Assembly (NCBI RefSeq): GCF_964204645.1
Contig: NC_134025.1
Span: 26,516,299-26,580,298 of the forward strand
Reading direction: 5' to 3'
DNA length: 64,000 nucleotides
DNA from: Tubulanus polymorphus
Taxonomy: Eukaryota; Animalia; Nemertea
The stretch's first letter is position 1; every line of letters starts with the position of its first letter. The translations under genes and the position numbers were made by a program. The notes beneath the pieces were generated by a model. That model was not told the origin of the DNA, did no database searches, and worked only from the letters and a program-made list of their open reading frames with translations. Of the stretch, positions 54,201-64,000 are shown piece after piece.

Positions 54201-57012
54201 TGTAGTAACGATGTTTTCAAATGTAATATCAAACGCTGCGGCAGCTACAGCGACTCCAGTGATAAAATGATTCGTTGATGCTACTGAGAATGTTTTAACA
54301 ATTGGATCTTAAAAAGAAAGAAATTGTTTGTCAAACCAAATTGTTTTGTTTGCTTGCGCGAAAAAACCAAACATTTTGAATTCTCGCGCGAGAAAAAACG
54401 GGCCAATTTGAAAATTTTTTATCGTTGTACTAGCCGTATAGAAATTCTTTTTAGTATGGCCCGAATCAGCAACCATTCCAGTTCGTACCTGGTGTACATG
54501 TTTTATCTGCTGCAACTGATCAGTATAGATCAAAGTAAGATTGTCTTAAATGAGGAAACTTACCAGGTGTACATAGCTTATCGGCTACAGCTGATATATC
54601 TTTACATTGGTCATTATTTGTAGTGTCAGTTTCAGTCGCAAAATTGGCATTTGTACTTCGAGACACAGTTGCACATATATACAGCGCATTCGCACATTTA
54701 GCCGGGTCAATCGTTATACTCATGACGATATCAACGATCGACGTAGTTGCCTGAGCTGCCAAAGCTGTTTGTCTTTGCGCTGGTGTTGTATATGATGAAA
54801 TAGATATTGCAGAATGTCCAAGAGTATTAGATCCACCAGCACCGATATCAGCATTAGAAATGATTACTGATATATCGTAGTTGTTATCGGACCCAGTAGT
54901 AGCAAGGATGTTATTTCCTGAATAAACTGCTGTATTTATAGCATTGTTTTTCAGAACTGTCGTGATCTTATAACTTGTGGCTGATGCATCATTTAGTGTT
55001 CCCGATGCCGGAGCACCTGTAATGCTGATCATCTTGACATCTGTAAGAAAATATTGGCATAGATATTTAATATGAATAAATGGGTTATTTCAATGATAAA
55101 ATATTCTTTCGTACCTTTTATTTACAGTATTGATTTCATTAGTCGCCTCGTGGTTCCAGATTTATAGCGTTAGGCCAGTATACTTGCAAGACCCCAGATT
55201 TAGACACTGTTCAAACCCTGGGTATAGCCAAATTTAGTTCTTGAGAACCAAGATCGTTCTGGAACCACGACGACTGCCAATAGCTATTTCTGGATTTGTA
55301 TGATTTAAAAAACGTCATCAGAAAGTTTCAACAAAATCGTTCAACATACCAGGGAAGCATGATTTCTGTGCTGATATATCGACGCATTTGCAATTGTTTG
55401 TGAGGTCTTTATCTATATAAGATGCTGTTGCAGGAACGTTCAACTTTGCACAAACATATCTCATGTCATTACAGTCTGATGTGGCCGATGGCACCGTTAC
55501 TGAAACAGCGCCAGATATTGTACCTGTTACTGCTCCATCTGCCAAACCAATAGTTTGATCGATATCCGAAATAGAGGAAATTGACACAAAACCCGCAGTG
55601 CAAGTTGTCATGTCAATGTCAGACAGAATTACATCTACTTTGAAATTAGAATTAGCGCCTGCTACTGCTGCTATATCTGAATTTCCTCCCGGAGCTATAT
55701 TTTCAAAGATAACATCAAAAGTCAAAGAGAATATGTTAGGTTGAATGTAAACCGCTGTGGAAAGTGGAGTGAACGTCTTGATAATTGGATCTGAAATAAA
55801 GAGACAGAATTTTTCTATGTATATCTATATCTTATTCCAATGTGTTATATGATTTAATCAAATAGTTAAGGTTATATCTGCTTCCTGATCGTATACTTAT
55901 TTGCCTACCGGGGTTGCATTTTTTTACTGCCACTATTGATGAACATTTTACGTTGTTCGTTGAAACAGCATCCGTCCATTTACATGAAACTCCTTCAGTT
56001 ACAACAGCACACAAGTAGTCGGTAGTATAACAAATGGCAGATGGTAAAGTTACAGTTCCAGTCGCTCGAAGAGTAACTGTAGTCGATGAATCTGCTGGTA
56101 AAGCTGCGGCATCATTCGCTGACACTGTAGCCGCGACATTCCCTGTAACTGCTGTTGCTCCGGCGCTATCTGACGCAAAATACAATTCCGTAGCAAAGTT
56201 TTTCGTGCCCGTAGGTGCAGCTACGATATCATTTCCTTGTCCAGATGCAGCTACATTTTGTATTGGTAAGTCAAACGTAACCGCTGTGGCTGTTGCTGCG
56301 GTCAAGGTCGTAAGTCCAACCCAAGTCGGAACTGCAGATGCTGTTGGATCTGGAAAAGATTAATTCTCTATCGGTATAGAATTCTGTTCTTAGTACATGT
56401 AAAATTTAAATACGATTTATATCATCGAGCACTTACCCGGTTGGCAAACTCTTGTTATGGTTATACATGCTTGATTATTAGTTGTTACTGCATCTGTGTA
56501 ACCGGTGCTACTTTCGGCAACAGTCATACATAGATGAGTAGCTGCTGGACATGTTACAGCATCCAGTGCTGGATAATCTGCTGTAGCTCCTGTAAATGTT
56601 AATGTAGCTAGTGCTACAAGACCCGCCTGTCTCTCTGCCAGTGTAATACCATTTATCGTAATAACTGGTCCAATCTGGGTAGTTCCCGTCGCAAATTGGA
56701 ATGTGAAAACATAGTTCTCATTTGGTGAATTCGCGGCAGGAATTGGGGTGGCAGTATCAGCATTTTTAATATCAATCGTTAGCGGAACGGCATTCTGTGC
56801 TTCACCCAAGTAGAATGTTGCTGGACTTGTTGTGAACGATGTCATTTCCAAATCTGAAAAAAGCCAAAAGAATGGTTTTATGATAGTTTCGCAACACTAA
56901 TTAATATTCTGTTGTGAAACTGGATGCCATTAAAAGACACGGGTATTTTCATACCTTGACCTGATACAATCCGACTTAGGAACAACGATATCCACAGAAA
57001 TAGAAATGCCAT
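45211..57012 (-). CDS. Giant cadherin-like protein, gene B (inverted paralog of A); model from the internal signal exon ~2965 aa with 13 Cys domains
   Basis: S 57012-56955, A 56853-56437, B 56349-55909, C 55790-55350, D 55040-54564, E 54307-53870, F 53766-53287, G 53199-52753, H 52662-52189, I 52115-51972 plus 51891-51583, J 51504-51076, K 50970-50515, L 50417-49968, M 49839-49363; then 49261-49112, 49025-48684, 48593-48291, 48159-47951, 47823-47730, 47597-47407, 47324-47153, 47076-46555, 46449-46281, 46186-46016, 45934-45587, 45499-45211. Total 8898 nt in frame, with the same intron positions and phases as gene A; ends GYIPMDNW. Confidence 0.88.
54489..54522 (-). pseudogene. Orphan 3' fragment of a D-type exon with its donor site
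   Basis: atcagttgcagcagataaaacatgtacaccag|gtacg encodes SVAADKTCTPG, lying about 40 nt into the intron after the intact D exon. Confidence 0.75.
55141..55275. mobile_element. Tiny MITE-like insertion in the C-D intron of gene B
   Basis: Perfect 13-bp inverted repeat tcgtggttccaga / tctggaaccacga, extended by agtcg / cgact. This intron is longer than most C-D introns. Confidence 0.55.
56955..57012 (-). CDS. Internal signal-peptide exon of gene B
   Basis: MAFLFLWISLFLSRIVSGQ followed by G|gtatga, phase 1, directly upstream of domain A. Confidence 0.8.
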
Positions 57013-57660
57013 CACGGACGTGTCCGTATAATGTACATCAAACATTTAACAGTTTTACTCGTTTGAACACTAATCAATTCTTTTATATTTGCCTATTGCC
57101 GAAGATTTATGGTTGGTAAAAGATCGAAGAAAACAAATCCTATATTTTATATGTCTCAATATAAAACACCTGCGATCATTTGAGTGACGCCATTAAAAAT
57201 GAACGTACTAGATAAACTTGAAAAAGGGCTATACAAGATAATATAAAACGAATGGCTGAACACTGGAATAATAGTACCATTCATCAAAAATGTATGTGTC
57301 ATATTGTCTGTAGTTTCACAACAATTCTGTATTTGTAGATAAAACGAATAGACGACCCTTTTAATCTTCAAAAAGAAATGAAAAGCTATTATTCGTGTTA
57401 TTCGTATAGCCATTATGTTGTCTGCCATCGCGTATTTTATTATTTTTGTCTGTCACTAATAACAAACCCCGAAATGATTGATTAAAAAGATTGTATGCCC
57501 ATTTCATACGTGTATGAAATAATAAAACATCAGTATTCCAATAGGTCAAAAATTTCTTTAATTTCTTTCGCTAAGGAAAATAATATCTAATCAATGTGCA
57601 TAACACATTTTCCAGAAAATGGTCTGGATGCATCTTGAGAAAAAAAGTTAATATACATAC

Positions 57661-64000
<6,340 letters not shown>

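Noticed and set aside
45211-56853. Gene B as an assembly-inverted haplotype of gene A
   Set aside because: H, I, the membrane-proximal cadherins, tails and many introns are too diverged for alleles, and copy numbers differ.

Overview
AT-rich eukaryotic (invertebrate-like) genomic DNA with compact GT-AG introns; all exon models were assembled by hand from splice signals and reading frame. 1-16.4 kb holds four conserved genes: the 3' half of numb (+), a complete copper chaperone for SOD (CCS, -), a HECT-less G2E3/PHF7-like PHD/RING gene (+) and TMEM170 (-), plus several small non-autonomous DNA transposons. 17.1-64 kb holds two tail-to-tail paralogous giant cadherin-like type I membrane protein genes. 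Their ectodomains begin with long arrays of an unrecognised 139-162 aa Cys-containing, Thr/Ala/Ser-rich domain, almost always one domain per phase-1/phase-1 exon, in the order signal-A-B-(C-D-E-F)n-G-H-I-J-K-L-M. The arrays are followed by about 7 cadherin repeats, a membrane-adjacent domain, a TM helix and a tail ending G[F/Y]IPMDNW. Both genes have a signal-peptide exon in the middle of the array, preceded by a further array with no dedicated terminal exon. This suggests multiple promoters giving different ectodomain lengths on one shared anchor (predicted about 6915, 4790 and 2965 aa), with large exon-skipping potential and visible ongoing gene conversion, deletion and chimera formation. 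Function and novelty are inferred and were not checked against any database.
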